Shown here piece after piece: positions 17,750 to 27,833 of a stretch of DNA of 64,000 nucleotides. The stretch is from Myxococcota bacterium. GTDB taxonomy: Bacteria > Myxococcota_A > UBA796 > SXON01. Numbering within the stretch: the stretch's first letter is position 1; each line of letters starts with the position of its first letter. The translations under genes and the position numbers were made by a program. The DNA lies in the NCBI GenBank assembly GCA_040386535.1, contig JAZKFH010000002.1:123578-187577 (forward strand), given 5' to 3'. The notes under the pieces are model-generated. The model saw only the letters and a list, made by a program, of their open reading frames with translations. It had not been told where the DNA came from and did no database searches.

Positions 17750-19432
17750 ATGACGCTCCTGGTCGCGCTTCTCGCCTGCAGGCCGCCCGATTCCGCCCCC
17801 GATTCCGGCAGTGCGCCCGTCGTCGACACCGTCGGGGAGGACTCCGCGCCCGAGACCGAGGTGATCGGCCCCGCCCCCGGCGAGGGGGACACCGATCCGG
17901 ACACCGAGGACGCCGACGGATGCAAGGGTCTCTACGATCCCGACGTCCTGCAGGACTTCGCCGTCGAGATCACCCCCGAGGCGTGGGCCGCCCTCGAGGA
18001 TGACTACGCGTGGGGCGAGAAGGACTACCACCCGATCACGTTCCGGTATGGGGACGAGGTGGTGGAGGACGCGCAGATCCGCCTCAAGGGGAACCCAGGT
18101 TTCTCCTGGTACGTCGGGAAGATGCAGTTCGTCATCGCCTTCAACGAGGTGGACGAGGCGGGCCGGTTCCATGGGCTGCGGAAGCTCGCGCTCGACGCCT
18201 CGTGGTACGAGCCCACGTTGGTGCGCGACCGGGTGGCGTGGCAGGTGATCCGCCGCGCGGGGAGCCTGCCGTTCGCGTGTGCCAACAGCGCCACGCTCAC
18301 GATCAACGGCGAATATTACGGGCTCTACACCAACATCGAGTACCTCGACCACGAGTGGCTGGAGCGCACCTACGGCGACGCCGACGCGACCGGGACGTTG
18401 TGGAAGTACGGCTACGATCCCGTCGCCAACGAGGAGGCGTCCACCGGCGCGGCCATCGCCCGGATGAACGACACGTTCGATCCCGACGGGCTCGCGGCGT
18501 TGGGAGATCTGGACAATTGGATCCAGGCGTGGGCGGCCGAGGCGGTGCTCGGCAGTGATGACGGGTATTGGTGTTGCGACCACAACTACTACCTGTACGA
18601 GCACCCAAGTCGGGGCATCCTGTACGTGCCGTGGGATTTGGACGACACGTTCGACGTGATGGCCTACGACGCCGACCCGGTCCACGGCTACGAAGCCGGC
18701 CGCGCCATCGGCCTGTTCGACCAGCCCCACTTCCAGGTGCTCACGACGGACCCGGTGTGGGGCCCGAAGTACGTCGATGCGGTCGCGGTGCTCAACGACG
18801 CGATGGATCCCGACCGCACGATCGCCGACATCGACGCCTACGAGGCCCAGATCGCCGACGCGCTCCTCGCCGATCCGAACCGGAGCGTCGGGTGGGAGGA
18901 GCATGTCGCCACCACCGAGCGGACGCGCGCCTGGGTGCGGGCGCGGCACGCGTTCCTGGACAGTTGGGTGGCGTGTCAACGGGGGTCTACCGCGGATGCC
19001 GACGGAGACGGCTCGCCCGTCTGCTCGGATCCCCACGATGGAGACGCTGCGATCGGGCCCGCGGTCACGGAAGTGTGCAACGGCATCGACGACGACGCGG
19101 ACGGCTGGATCGATGATGACGCAGCGTGTGACGATTGTGTGCGCCACGACTTCGACTCCGCCGGGAGCGAGCGCCACTTCCTGTTCTGCCGGTGGCCGCG
19201 CGACAACGTGGAGGCTGAGGCAAACTGCGAGGCCCGCGGGGGCACGCTCACGGGGCCGGAGACCACCGGAGAGGTCTACGTGTACTTCTTCTACACCTGG
19301 CCGGTGCGCGAGGCCTGGTGGACCGCGGCGGGTGGCAGCACCGGGCGGTGCTCGATGTGGGACGAGGCGAGCTTCGCGAGTGGGGCGGCGCCGTGCTCAG
19401 AGGAGCATCCGAGCGTTTGCGCGATCCCCTAA
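17750..19432 (+). CDS. CotH kinase family lipoprotein with Cys/Asp-rich repeat and C-type-lectin-like tail
   Basis: Lipobox LLAC; IRLKGN, INGEYYGLYTNIE, HNYYLY, PWDLDDTF; EVCNGIDDDADG repeat; C-terminal FC...AEANC...W...C...C pattern. Confidence 0.85.
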   Translation: MTLLVALLACRPPDSAPDSGSAPVVDTVGEDSAPETEVIGPAPGEGDTDPDTEDADGCKGLYDPDVLQDFAVEITPEAWAALEDDYAWGEKDYHPITFRYGDEVVEDAQIRLKGNPGFSWYVGKMQFVIAFNEVDEAGRFHGLRKLALDASWYEPTLVRDRVAWQVIRRAGSLPFACANSATLTINGEYYGLYTNIEYLDHEWLERTYGDADATGTLWKYGYDPVANEEASTGAAIARMNDTFDPDGLAALGDLDNWIQAWAAEAVLGSDDGYWCCDHNYYLYEHPSRGILYVPWDLDDTFDVMAYDADPVHGYEAGRAIGLFDQPHFQVLTTDPVWGPKYVDAVAVLNDAMDPDRTIADIDAYEAQIADALLADPNRSVGWEEHVATTERTRAWVRARHAFLDSWVACQRGSTADADGDGSPVCSDPHDGDAAIGPAVTEVCNGIDDDADGWIDDDAACDDCVRHDFDSAGSERHFLFCRWPRDNVEAEANCEARGGTLTGPETTGEVYVYFFYTWPVREAWWTAAGGSTGRCSMWDEASFASGAAPCSEEHPSVCAIP

Positions 19433-19442
19433 CCGTCCGGAC

Positions 19443-20303
19443 TCACTCCACCGTCACCGCGACGGTCCACCACCCCATCCCGCCACGCCCGTCCAGCACC
19501 ACGGCGTGCAGCACGCCGCTGCCGGGCTCGTTCGGGGCCGTCCAACTCACGCCGTCCCAATTCGGCTCGTCGTCCCCGATGGAGAAGCTCGGCGCGAACG
19601 AGCCCATGTCGGTGTACCAGCGCCACTCGAGCTCTTCCGTGCGCATCTCCTCCACGCCCTCGGTGGTCACGTAGGCGTACTCCTCCAGCTCGCCGTACAA
19701 CAGCGCGGTGAGCTCGTAGGCTTGGCCGGCGCTCGCGGTCAGCCCCTCTCCCGCGGGGAGCCCGGCGCCGTCGACCTCGAACGTGCCGATGTCCGGGTTG
19801 ATGTTGGGCGTGGGCGCGAGGCTGATCGGGATGCGACGGAGCACCAGCTCGGTGTCCCCTTCTTCGTCGGCGCTGGCCGTCGTGAGCGTGATCTGCACGG
19901 TCGCGCTCGTGCCCTCCAGGGCCTCGTCCTCGGACAGGCCGGTCAGGGCGTCCTCCGGGACCACCCACGAGGGCTCGAAGCCCGGCTGCACGCCGATGAG
20001 GCCGGCGGCCTGGAGCGCGGCGATGAGCTCGGCCTGCTCCTCGGGGGTCATCGACTCCAGATCGTCCACCCCTTCGAGCAGCGCGGCATCGAACGAGCAG
20101 CCCATCTCCGTGCCGGCGACACACGCGAACCAGATCGCGGTCCACGCGCCCTCGGGGGCGTAGCCGAGCGAGGTGAAGGTGACGGTGTCTCCCGGGCGCG
20201 GCTCGGCCGGATCGGCGCGGACCGCGAGGAGCCGCAAGCGGTCGAGATCCCACTCGTCCGCGAGGTCGATGGTCTGGCAGGCGAGCAACAGGAGAAGGGT
20301 CAC
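19443..20303 (-). CDS. Lipoprotein coupled to TonB-dependent receptor
   Basis: LLLAC lipobox; RLLAVRADPAEP and DGRGG motifs; start overlaps receptor stop. Confidence 0.75.
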   Translation of the reverse strand: MTLLLLLACQTIDLADEWDLDRLRLLAVRADPAEPRPGDTVTFTSLGYAPEGAWTAIWFACVAGTEMGCSFDAALLEGVDDLESMTPEEQAELIAALQAAGLIGVQPGFEPSWVVPEDALTGLSEDEALEGTSATVQITLTTASADEEGDTELVLRRIPISLAPTPNINPDIGTFEVDGAGLPAGEGLTASAGQAYELTALLYGELEEYAYVTTEGVEEMRTEELEWRWYTDMGSFAPSFSIGDDEPNWDGVSWTAPNEPGSGVLHAVVLDGRGGMGWWTVAVTVE

Positions 20304-22885
20304 AGGTTCACCTCCACCTGGAAACCAACGGAGGGGACGAGCGGCAGGCCGCTGATCGTGGCGCTCTCGGTGTAATCGTAGTTGTAGAGCTGGAACTCGG
20401 GGTTCTCGCCGTGGATCACGTTCAACACGTCCGCGAACAGCTCGAGTTGCCAGTGCTTGAACGTGAACAACCGGGAGACGCGCAGGTCGGCCGCATAGTA
20501 GGGCGCAAGCCGCTCGCTGTTGGTCGCCGCGCTCGGAAAGCCGAGGTAGCTGCCTTCATCCATCAGGTACAGGCCCCCGTCGTACGGAGTGTAGGGGTTG
20601 CCCGTCACGTATTGCACGCGCGCCGACACCTCGAAGTCGAGCGGGAGCCGGTACCCCGCCACCCCGGTGAGGATGTGGGTCTGGTCGAAGTCGAAATTGT
20701 ACCAACCCTCGGGATCGTCCGGTGTGTCATTCCGCTCCGACTTGGAGAGCGTGTACGAGATCCACCCGAAGAACTTGTCGACCCGGGCGTGGCGCACCAT
20801 GACTTCGAGGCCGTAGGCGCGACCGACGCCGGTGTCCCCTTCCCCGCCGAACCCGAGCGCCAGCGGATCCATCCAGCGGTAGAACCCGGTCACGTCCGCG
20901 GAGATCGCGGGGGTGAACTTCTGCTCCCACCCGAGCTCGTTGCCCCAGGCGCGCTCGAAGAACGCGTCGCCGATGAGCTGCGCGTTCTGGGGCGGCTGGT
21001 GGTACAGGCCGGTGCCCGCCTTGACGGTGCCGCCCGGGAAGACCTCGAACCGCGTGGCGAAGCGCGGGTCGGGCGCGAACTGCGCGGGTTCGTCGTCACG
21101 AATGACGCCGTCGAGCCGTACCCCACCGACGAACAGCAGCCGATCGCGGTCCTTCAGGGGGCGGAGCTGCGCCTCGACGTAGGGGTCGGGGTAGGCGTTC
21201 CAGCGCCCGCCGTCGATCTCGATGGGCTCCTCCTCCGAGAGGGGATCCTCGCCGTCGACCGGCACGCCCGCGACGTACACCTTCAGGTCGTAGCGGGCCA
21301 GCTCGCTGTCGAGGCCGGCGGCCACGGAGAACGCGGGCGACGGGGTCCACCGGAGCTCGCCACGCAGGTCGATCCGCACGGCGTTGAGCTCCAGGCCAAT
21401 CTCGCTGCCGAAGCCGACGCGTGTGCCGTCCACCCCAAAGGCCGGTTGAAGGTGGAACTTCAACGTCTCGGACAACGGGCGCGCCCATCGCAACACGAGC
21501 CGGTGCGTCGAGTAGTGCACGCCGATCTGGTCGTCGGACTCCTTGTCGGTGCGGACGATCAGATCGTCCTGGAATCCGAACAGGAGCGCGGACAGCTCGT
21601 TGTCACCGGCGTCGAGCGCCTCGATCTTGAGTTGGTAGTCCATCCACCGCGGCGCGGCGTAGAACTCCTGATTTGCGAGCGCGACACCCAGGATGGCGTC
21701 GATGTAGGAGCGCCGCGCCCCGACGGCGAACCCGACCTTCGGGTCATCCTTCTTGCCGAGCTTGCCGGTGGCGAACACGCCGGTGTCGAGCACGTCCGTG
21801 CGCCAGATGAGCTTGGTCTGGTCGGGGTAGTCGGAGGTGGTCTGGACATCGATGACACCGCCCGTGGAGCGGCCGTAGCGGGCGCTGTAGGTGCCCGGCA
21901 GGTAGTCGACCGCGCTGATGAGATCGGGGTTGAGGATCGAGCGGAACCCGCCGAGGTGGTACACCAGCGGCACCTCCACCCCGTCGACGTAGACGTTGCT
22001 GTCCTCCGGGTTGGCGCCGCGGAGCACGAGCAGGCCGGTGCCGAAGGGCGCGCGCGCCGCGCCGGGCAGGCTCTGGATGACACGCACCGGATCCCCGAAC
22101 GTGCCGGGCACGCGCCGCACCTCGGCCATCGTGATCGTGCGCCGGGTCACCTCGGGCGGCCGCTCCTTCTCGTAGAGCCCCACGACGCCGGCGCCGCGGT
22201 AGGTCAGGCGCCGCAACCAGACGGCCACGTCGGCGACCTCCCCCGCGTTCACGGTCAGCTCGATCGTGTCACGTTGGTGCTCGGTGGTGAACGCGATCAG
22301 CGTCACGTCACCCGGCTCGATCGCGAAGAGCGCGAAGCGGCCCTCGGCGTCTGTCGTAGCGGTCGCGACGATCACGTCGCCACGTTTGACCTGCACGGCA
22401 GCCCCGGGGATGGGCTCTCGTGTCGCCATCTCGCGCAGCGTGCCCTCGATCGCGAGGGCGGGCGCCACCTCTTCGGGCGGCGGCTGCGGCGCGGGCGCGA
22501 GCTTGAACCCGTAGTCGAACTCGACCGCCACGGGCACGGGGCCGGTCGCGTCCTCCGCGGGGGAGAACTTGAACTGTTTCGCAGCGGCGACAGCGGCCTC
22601 GTCGAACCCGGCTTCGAGGGATCCCGGCGCCGCGGGCGTCACGACCTCGACGTTGGTGACCGCGCCGGTCGCGTCGATCTCGAGCAGGAGGCGCACCGAG
22701 GCCTCGACGCCGGCCGCTTCGGCCGCGGGCGGGTACGGCGCCTGTACAAAATCGAGGAGCGCCGGGTCCTTCAGGAGCGGCGGGAGCTCGCCTTCGACGG
22801 GGGCCTCGTTCGCGGGAGGCGCGGCGGGCGCGTCCTGCGCGGCGGCGAGGGTCACGAGCGCGAGGATCGAGGGGGCCAGGAGCAT
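20300..22885 (-). CDS. TonB-dependent receptor with N-terminal TonB-C and carboxypeptidase-regulatory-like domains
   Basis: YPPAAEAAGVEASVRLLLEIDATG (TonB-C); plug VPGTFGDPVRVIQSLPG...ARYGRSTGG; barrel GRAYGLE, FDQTH. Confidence 0.92.
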   Translation of the reverse strand: MLLAPSILALVTLAAAQDAPAAPPANEAPVEGELPPLLKDPALLDFVQAPYPPAAEAAGVEASVRLLLEIDATGAVTNVEVVTPAAPGSLEAGFDEAAVAAAKQFKFSPAEDATGPVPVAVEFDYGFKLAPAPQPPPEEVAPALAIEGTLREMATREPIPGAAVQVKRGDVIVATATTDAEGRFALFAIEPGDVTLIAFTTEHQRDTIELTVNAGEVADVAVWLRRLTYRGAGVVGLYEKERPPEVTRRTITMAEVRRVPGTFGDPVRVIQSLPGAARAPFGTGLLVLRGANPEDSNVYVDGVEVPLVYHLGGFRSILNPDLISAVDYLPGTYSARYGRSTGGVIDVQTTSDYPDQTKLIWRTDVLDTGVFATGKLGKKDDPKVGFAVGARRSYIDAILGVALANQEFYAAPRWMDYQLKIEALDAGDNELSALLFGFQDDLIVRTDKESDDQIGVHYSTHRLVLRWARPLSETLKFHLQPAFGVDGTRVGFGSEIGLELNAVRIDLRGELRWTPSPAFSVAAGLDSELARYDLKVYVAGVPVDGEDPLSEEEPIEIDGGRWNAYPDPYVEAQLRPLKDRDRLLFVGGVRLDGVIRDDEPAQFAPDPRFATRFEVFPGGTVKAGTGLYHQPPQNAQLIGDAFFERAWGNELGWEQKFTPAISADVTGFYRWMDPLALGFGGEGDTGVGRAYGLEVMVRHARVDKFFGWISYTLSKSERNDTPDDPEGWYNFDFDQTHILTGVAGYRLPLDFEVSARVQYVTGNPYTPYDGGLYLMDEGSYLGFPSAATNSERLAPYYAADLRVSRLFTFKHWQLELFADVLNVIHGENPEFQLYNYDYTESATISGLPLVPSVGFQVEVNL

Positions 22886-22926
22886 GAGGCGGAGCGATTA
22901 GCCCGCTGGCCGTACGCGCGCCGCAG

Positions 22927-23892
22927 TCAGAACACCCCCAACACCCCCGGCCACTCCACATCCAACGTGAGCGTGGTGTCCCATGTGCCCGGCACCACGT
23001 GCGCGCCGAAACCGACCGAAGCGACCGAGATCCGCCCCGAGATCAGCGGGACCGCCACTCGATTCAGGTACTTGACCCCTCCCCCGAGATCCAATGTCGT
23101 GGAGAGCGGCCCGCGCCCCAGCCGCTGCCTCGCCTCGGCGGTCACGATGCCGAACCCGGCGGCGTCTCCGAGGCCGACGCCGAGCCACGCGCGTGTCACC
23201 AGGCGCTCGCGGAACACGAACGTGACATTTCCGCCCACCTCCGCGCGGTCCCCTTGGAAGAACCCGGCGCCGATGCCCCAGGTTCCACCGAGGAACGGGC
23301 CCATGTCGGGCTCGGCCTTCATCGCGCTGAGGCGGTCGGTCTTGGCGGCGAAGCCGATACCTTCGGACTTGATCTTGCGGGACACGATGCCCACCACGCG
23401 GCCCTGTTCGTCCACCAGCGGGCCGCCGGAGTTGCCGGGGTTCATCGCGGTGTCGGTCTGGATGAGCCAGGGGCCGACGCCGCTCACCATGCCACGCGCC
23501 GCGCTCCACACGAGCAGGTTGGCGAGCTTTCCGCCGGTCGCCTGGCCGAAGGGGTGGCCGAGCGCGTAGACGGTGTCACCGATGGCGACGGGCTCCTCGC
23601 GCAGGTCGAGCCCGAGCACCCCGTCGGGCACGAGGACCTCGACCAGCGCGAGATCGTGGCCGGGGTCCCGTGCCACGACGCGCCCGACGTTCGCCACGCC
23701 GCCGCGGAATTTGACCATCGGGTTCAAGCCCGACGCGACGCAGTGGTACGCGGTCGCGACGGTGCGCACGGCGGGGGCATCGACGCCGCCTGTCTCCGCG
23801 GGGGGCAGGGCCGCGCCCGCGACCACGACCCCCGCGCACAGGGAGGGGCCGGTCTGGAGGAGGACCACGGAGTCGAGCCACACGTCGAGCAT
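22927..23892 (-). CDS. Trypsin-like serine protease with C-terminal beta-rich domain
   Basis: Triad TAYHCV, HDLAL, IQTDTAMNPGNSGGPL. Confidence 0.85.
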   Translation of the reverse strand: MLDVWLDSVVLLQTGPSLCAGVVVAGAALPPAETGGVDAPAVRTVATAYHCVASGLNPMVKFRGGVANVGRVVARDPGHDLALVEVLVPDGVLGLDLREEPVAIGDTVYALGHPFGQATGGKLANLLVWSAARGMVSGVGPWLIQTDTAMNPGNSGGPLVDEQGRVVGIVSRKIKSEGIGFAAKTDRLSAMKAEPDMGPFLGGTWGIGAGFFQGDRAEVGGNVTFVFRERLVTRAWLGVGLGDAAGFGIVTAEARQRLGRGPLSTTLDLGGGVKYLNRVAVPLISGRISVASVGFGAHVVPGTWDTTLTLDVEWPGVLGVF

Positions 23893-23928
23893 CGGCGCAG
23901 GTTAAGGCACCGCCCCTGCGGAGTCCCC

Positions 23929-26349
23929 ATGTTCCTCTTTCTGGCCCTCGCCGCCTGCACCGACGGCACCGACAAAGACGCGAACCCGGCCGACGACTCC
24001 GGAGCCGATGATACGGGCGGCACCGACACGGACGAACCCGACACCGACGAGCCGGTCGAAGGCGACATCGAGGGTCCCGACCTCCCCGCGTGTGCGCCCC
24101 AGGCGGGCAGCGGGGACAACGTCGCGCTCTCCGGCGTGGTGCTCGCACCCGACGGGCCGCTCGCCGGCTACGTCGTCTACTCGCGCAGCGCCGGCACGAT
24201 CTCGTGCGTGGGCGCCGATTGTCCACTGACCGACTCCGGAGGCGCGGGCGCCGAGGTCATCTGCACCGAGGGTGTCATCTCCCCGGGCCTGATCGACGCG
24301 CACAACCACCTCCAATACAACGTCCTCCCCCCCTGGGAGGTCGGCCCCGAATTCGTCGACCGCTACGAGTGGCGCAGCGACGACCGGTACCGGGACTACA
24401 AGACCGCGTACGACGCGATCTACGACGACTACCAGTGCGAGATCATGAAGTGGGCCGAGGCACGCGAGATCGTGCACGGCACCACCTCGGCCGTGGGCTC
24501 GAGCGGCTCGTCCGACTGTCTCGACGTGCTCGTGCGCAACCTGGACGAGGGCTCCAGCGCCAGCGGCCTGACCGGCTACGACATCGAGTACAGCGCATCC
24601 ACCGTCACGGACGTGATCGAGGATGGGGACGGCGCCACCTACACGGCCGACCTCGCGTCCGGCTCGCTCGACTCCGCGCTCTTCCACGTGGCCGAGGGCA
24701 AGGACGGCTCCGGGCGCGACGAGATCGAGCACATGTTCGACGCGGGCATGGTCGGCCCCGGCCAGTTCTACGTGCACGACACGGACGCGTCGACCGCCCA
24801 GCTCGCCCAGATGGCGGCGGACGGCACGGGCATCGTGTGGTCGCCGCGCTCCAACATCGCGCTCTACGGCACCACCACTCCCATCGAGATCGCCGACAAG
24901 CTCGGCGTGCCCTGGGCGATCGGCACGGACTGGACCCCGTCCGGCTCCATGGCCCCCATCGGTGAGCTCGCCTGCGCGGCGGATTGGCTCGCGAGCAAGG
25001 GCAGCCCGATCTCGGACGTGCGGCTCTGGGAAAAGAGCACCACCGACGCGGCGCGCGCGGTCGGAGCGGACGGCGTGCTCGGGCAGCTCGCCGTGGGCTT
25101 CCAGGCCGACATCGCCGTGTTCGAGTGGTCGCGCACGCCCTACCGCGGCATCATCACCGCCGAGGCCGCCGAGGTCCGGCTGGTCGTGGTGGGCGGCGAG
25201 GCCCGCTACGGGTTGACCGAGTTCGTCACGCCGATCGCGGCAAACGCCGACTATTGCGAGGCGCTCGACGTGTGCGGCGGCTCACGCTCCATCTGCGTGC
25301 AGGACGGCGCCAGCGGGGAGGACGCTGACTCCCTCGCCAACATCGAGACCGCCCTGGTCGGCGCCCTCGGCGGCGTGTCCATGCCGGCGGGCCTCGAGTA
25401 CGCGGGTGAGCTGTTCCCGCTGTTCACCTGCTCGGACGAGCGTGACAGCTGCGATCTGTCGGCGCCCACCACCGGAGATGCCGATGGGGACGGCGTCGCG
25501 GACGCATCCGACCTGTGCCCCTCGGTGTACGATCCCAACCAGTGGGACGAGGACGGCGACGGCGAAGGCGACAGCTGCGACGACTGCCCGCTGACCTCCG
25601 AGACCGAGTGTGAGAGCGCCGCTGGCGACATCGACGGTGACGGCATCGCCGACGAGGACGACAACTGCTCCCGCGAGGGCAACACGGACCAGGCCGATCG
25701 CGACGGGGATGGGTTTGGGGACGTGTGCGACGCCTGCCCCGACGAGGCCAGCGCGGACGGCGCCTGCACCACCACGCTCGACGCCCTGCGGGACCCCTCC
25801 CACCCCGATCACCCCGCCGAGGGCGCCCTCGTAGCCATCGAGGGCCTGGTCGTGACCGGCCTGCGGGAGGGCGCGGGCTTCACGGCCCAGGATCCCGCGC
25901 TCGGCGAGTACGGTGGTCTCTATGTGTTCGATTACGGCGACAACGTGGTCGCGCTCGGTGACGTGGTGCGGGTGACCGGCACCTACGACGAGTACTACGA
26001 GCTGACCGAGCTCACGACGCCCACCGTGACGGTCACCGGCACCGCCACCGTGCCCGATCCCGTCGTGGTCGACCCGTGTGACATCGGCACCGGCGGCTCC
26101 CTGGCCGAGGCCTACGAGAGCATGCTCGTCTCCGTATCGGACGTGTCCGTGACCAACGCCAACCCGGACGACCCCGAGGACTACGACGAGTTCGAGGTCG
26201 GCAGCTGCCTCCGCGTGGACGACTTCTTGTACGCCGACCTCGACCAGCCCGCGCTCGGCACCAGCTACTCGACGCTCACCGGCGTGCTCACCTGGGGCTT
26301 CGACAACGCGAAGCTCGCCCCGCGCTTCGCGGCGGACATCGTCGAATGA
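23929..26349 (+). CDS. Amidohydrolase-family lipoprotein with thrombospondin type-3 Ca-binding repeats and OB-fold-like domains
   Basis: Lipobox LAAC; PGLIDAHNH, FHVAEG, WSPRSN, IGTDW; DADGDGVADxxDLCP repeats; GDVVRVTGTYDEYY. Confidence 0.85.
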   Translation: MFLFLALAACTDGTDKDANPADDSGADDTGGTDTDEPDTDEPVEGDIEGPDLPACAPQAGSGDNVALSGVVLAPDGPLAGYVVYSRSAGTISCVGADCPLTDSGGAGAEVICTEGVISPGLIDAHNHLQYNVLPPWEVGPEFVDRYEWRSDDRYRDYKTAYDAIYDDYQCEIMKWAEAREIVHGTTSAVGSSGSSDCLDVLVRNLDEGSSASGLTGYDIEYSASTVTDVIEDGDGATYTADLASGSLDSALFHVAEGKDGSGRDEIEHMFDAGMVGPGQFYVHDTDASTAQLAQMAADGTGIVWSPRSNIALYGTTTPIEIADKLGVPWAIGTDWTPSGSMAPIGELACAADWLASKGSPISDVRLWEKSTTDAARAVGADGVLGQLAVGFQADIAVFEWSRTPYRGIITAEAAEVRLVVVGGEARYGLTEFVTPIAANADYCEALDVCGGSRSICVQDGASGEDADSLANIETALVGALGGVSMPAGLEYAGELFPLFTCSDERDSCDLSAPTTGDADGDGVADASDLCPSVYDPNQWDEDGDGEGDSCDDCPLTSETECESAAGDIDGDGIADEDDNCSREGNTDQADRDGDGFGDVCDACPDEASADGACTTTLDALRDPSHPDHPAEGALVAIEGLVVTGLREGAGFTAQDPALGEYGGLYVFDYGDNVVALGDVVRVTGTYDEYYELTELTTPTVTVTGTATVPDPVVVDPCDIGTGGSLAEAYESMLVSVSDVSVTNANPDDPEDYDEFEVGSCLRVDDFLYADLDQPALGTSYSTLTGVLTWGFDNAKLAPRFAADIVE

Positions 26350-27158
26350 GCCGGCCCGTCACCGCCATCCTGCTCGCGGCGCTCGTCGCCGCCTGCTCGG
26401 GCGACTCCCCCGCGGAGCCGCCTCCCGAGATCCCCAACGTCCCGCCCGTCGGCGCGATCGCCGCCCCGACGGAGACGCCGTCCGACGCCCTGCCGCGCGT
26501 CCCGGCGACCATCCAGACCCGGATGGCCGCGAGCCACGTGCTCGTGTCCTACGCGGGCGCGGTCAACGCGCTCCCCAACATCGCGCGCTCCCGAGAGGAG
26601 GCCCGCGCGCGTGCGGAAGAGGTGCGCGCCAAGGTGCTCGCCGGGGAGAGCTTCGCCAGCCTCGCCCGGGCCTATTCGGACGACTCCACAGGCCCGCGCG
26701 GCGGCTCGGTCGGCGGCTTCATGGACGGCACGATGGTCGCGCCCTTCGAGGCCGCGGTCAAAGCGATGCCTGTGGGTCAGATCAGCGAGGTGGTCGAGTC
26801 GCCCTTCGGCTACCACGTGATCCGTCGCGACGCGCTGGCCGAGGTGCAGGCGCGCCACATCCTGGTCACCTGGTCCGGTGCGCCGCGCGCACCCGCGGGC
26901 GTGAGCCGCTCGAAGGACGAGGCGAAGGCCCGGGTGGAGGAGGCCAAGGCGAAGCTCGCCTCCGGCACGGCGTGGGCCGACGTGGCCCGCAGCTTCTCGG
27001 ACGGCCCGGCAAAGGACGACGGCGGCGAGCTCGGCTGGCTTGGCCGCAACCAGCTCGCGCCGGCGCTCGACACCGCCGTGTTCGACCTGGACATCGGCGC
27101 CACCAGCGGCGTGGTGGAGTCGCCCTGGGGCTTCCACATCCTGCAGCGGCTGGAGTAG
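26346..27158 (+). CDS. Parvulin (PpiC-type) PPIase lipoprotein, two domains
   Basis: ASHVLV...FASLARAYSDD...GGSVG...ESPFGYHVI and ARHILV...GGELG...ESPWGFHIL. Confidence 0.92.
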   Translation: MSRPVTAILLAALVAACSGDSPAEPPPEIPNVPPVGAIAAPTETPSDALPRVPATIQTRMAASHVLVSYAGAVNALPNIARSREEARARAEEVRAKVLAGESFASLARAYSDDSTGPRGGSVGGFMDGTMVAPFEAAVKAMPVGQISEVVESPFGYHVIRRDALAEVQARHILVTWSGAPRAPAGVSRSKDEAKARVEEAKAKLASGTAWADVARSFSDGPAKDDGGELGWLGRNQLAPALDTAVFDLDIGATSGVVESPWGFHILQRLE

Positions 27159-27161
27159 CGC

Positions 27162-27178
27162 GGCCCTCCGGGAGGGCC
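27162..27178. terminator. Short GC hairpin between convergent genes
   Basis: GGCCCTCC-G-GGAGGGCC perfect inverted repeat 3 nt after parvulin stop. Confidence 0.4.
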
Positions 27179-27200
27179 CCAGGCCTTCCGGATCAGCGCT

Positions 27201-27788
27201 CTAAAGCGTGTCCTCGATCGCGGCGCGGATCGTGGCGTCGCTGATCTCGCCGATGTCGGCCGCCACCACGCCTTCCGCGTCGATCACGAGCACCGCCGGA
27301 AAGCCGCGCGTGCCCCCGATGGGGATGAGCTCGTAGGTGTAGCCCTCGTCGTCCAGGAGGATGGGCTCGTTCAGCTCGAAGCTCTCGCCCCAGGAGACGA
27401 GGAAGTCCTGATCGGGCACGTCCCCCTCGACGTTCTGGGGCATGACGGTGAGGTAGCGCACGCCGCGGTCGCGGTACTCGTCGGCGATGGACTGGGCCTC
27501 TTCCGCGAGGTCCTGGCACGGCCCGCACCACCCGGTCGAGAAGTCGAGCACGACGGTGCAGCCGTGGAACTGCCACAGCGACACCTCGGCCCCGTGCTGA
27601 TCGCGGAGGCGGAAGTCACGCGCGACCTCGCCCACGTCGAGGCCCTCGCTCACCAGGCTCGCCGGAGGCCCCTCGCAGACGCCCCAGCTGTTGTCCGGGG
27701 CTACCCAGTCCTCCCCCGTGGCGTCCTTCGAGCCGGGGGGGCTGGTGAGCTCCGGGATGCATGCCACGAGAGAGAGCAGGAGCAACAT
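27201..27788 (-). CDS. TlpA/redoxin-family lipoprotein
   Basis: MLLLLSLVAC lipobox; DFRLRDQHG, WCGPC, GFPAVLVID. Confidence 0.88.
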   Translation of the reverse strand: MLLLLSLVACIPELTSPPGSKDATGEDWVAPDNSWGVCEGPPASLVSEGLDVGEVARDFRLRDQHGAEVSLWQFHGCTVVLDFSTGWCGPCQDLAEEAQSIADEYRDRGVRYLTVMPQNVEGDVPDQDFLVSWGESFELNEPILLDDEGYTYELIPIGGTRGFPAVLVIDAEGVVAADIGEISDATIRAAIEDTL

Positions 27789-27833
27789 TTCGTCGTGACC
27801 TCGGCCCCTACTATATCCGCGCTTGACGAGGGC

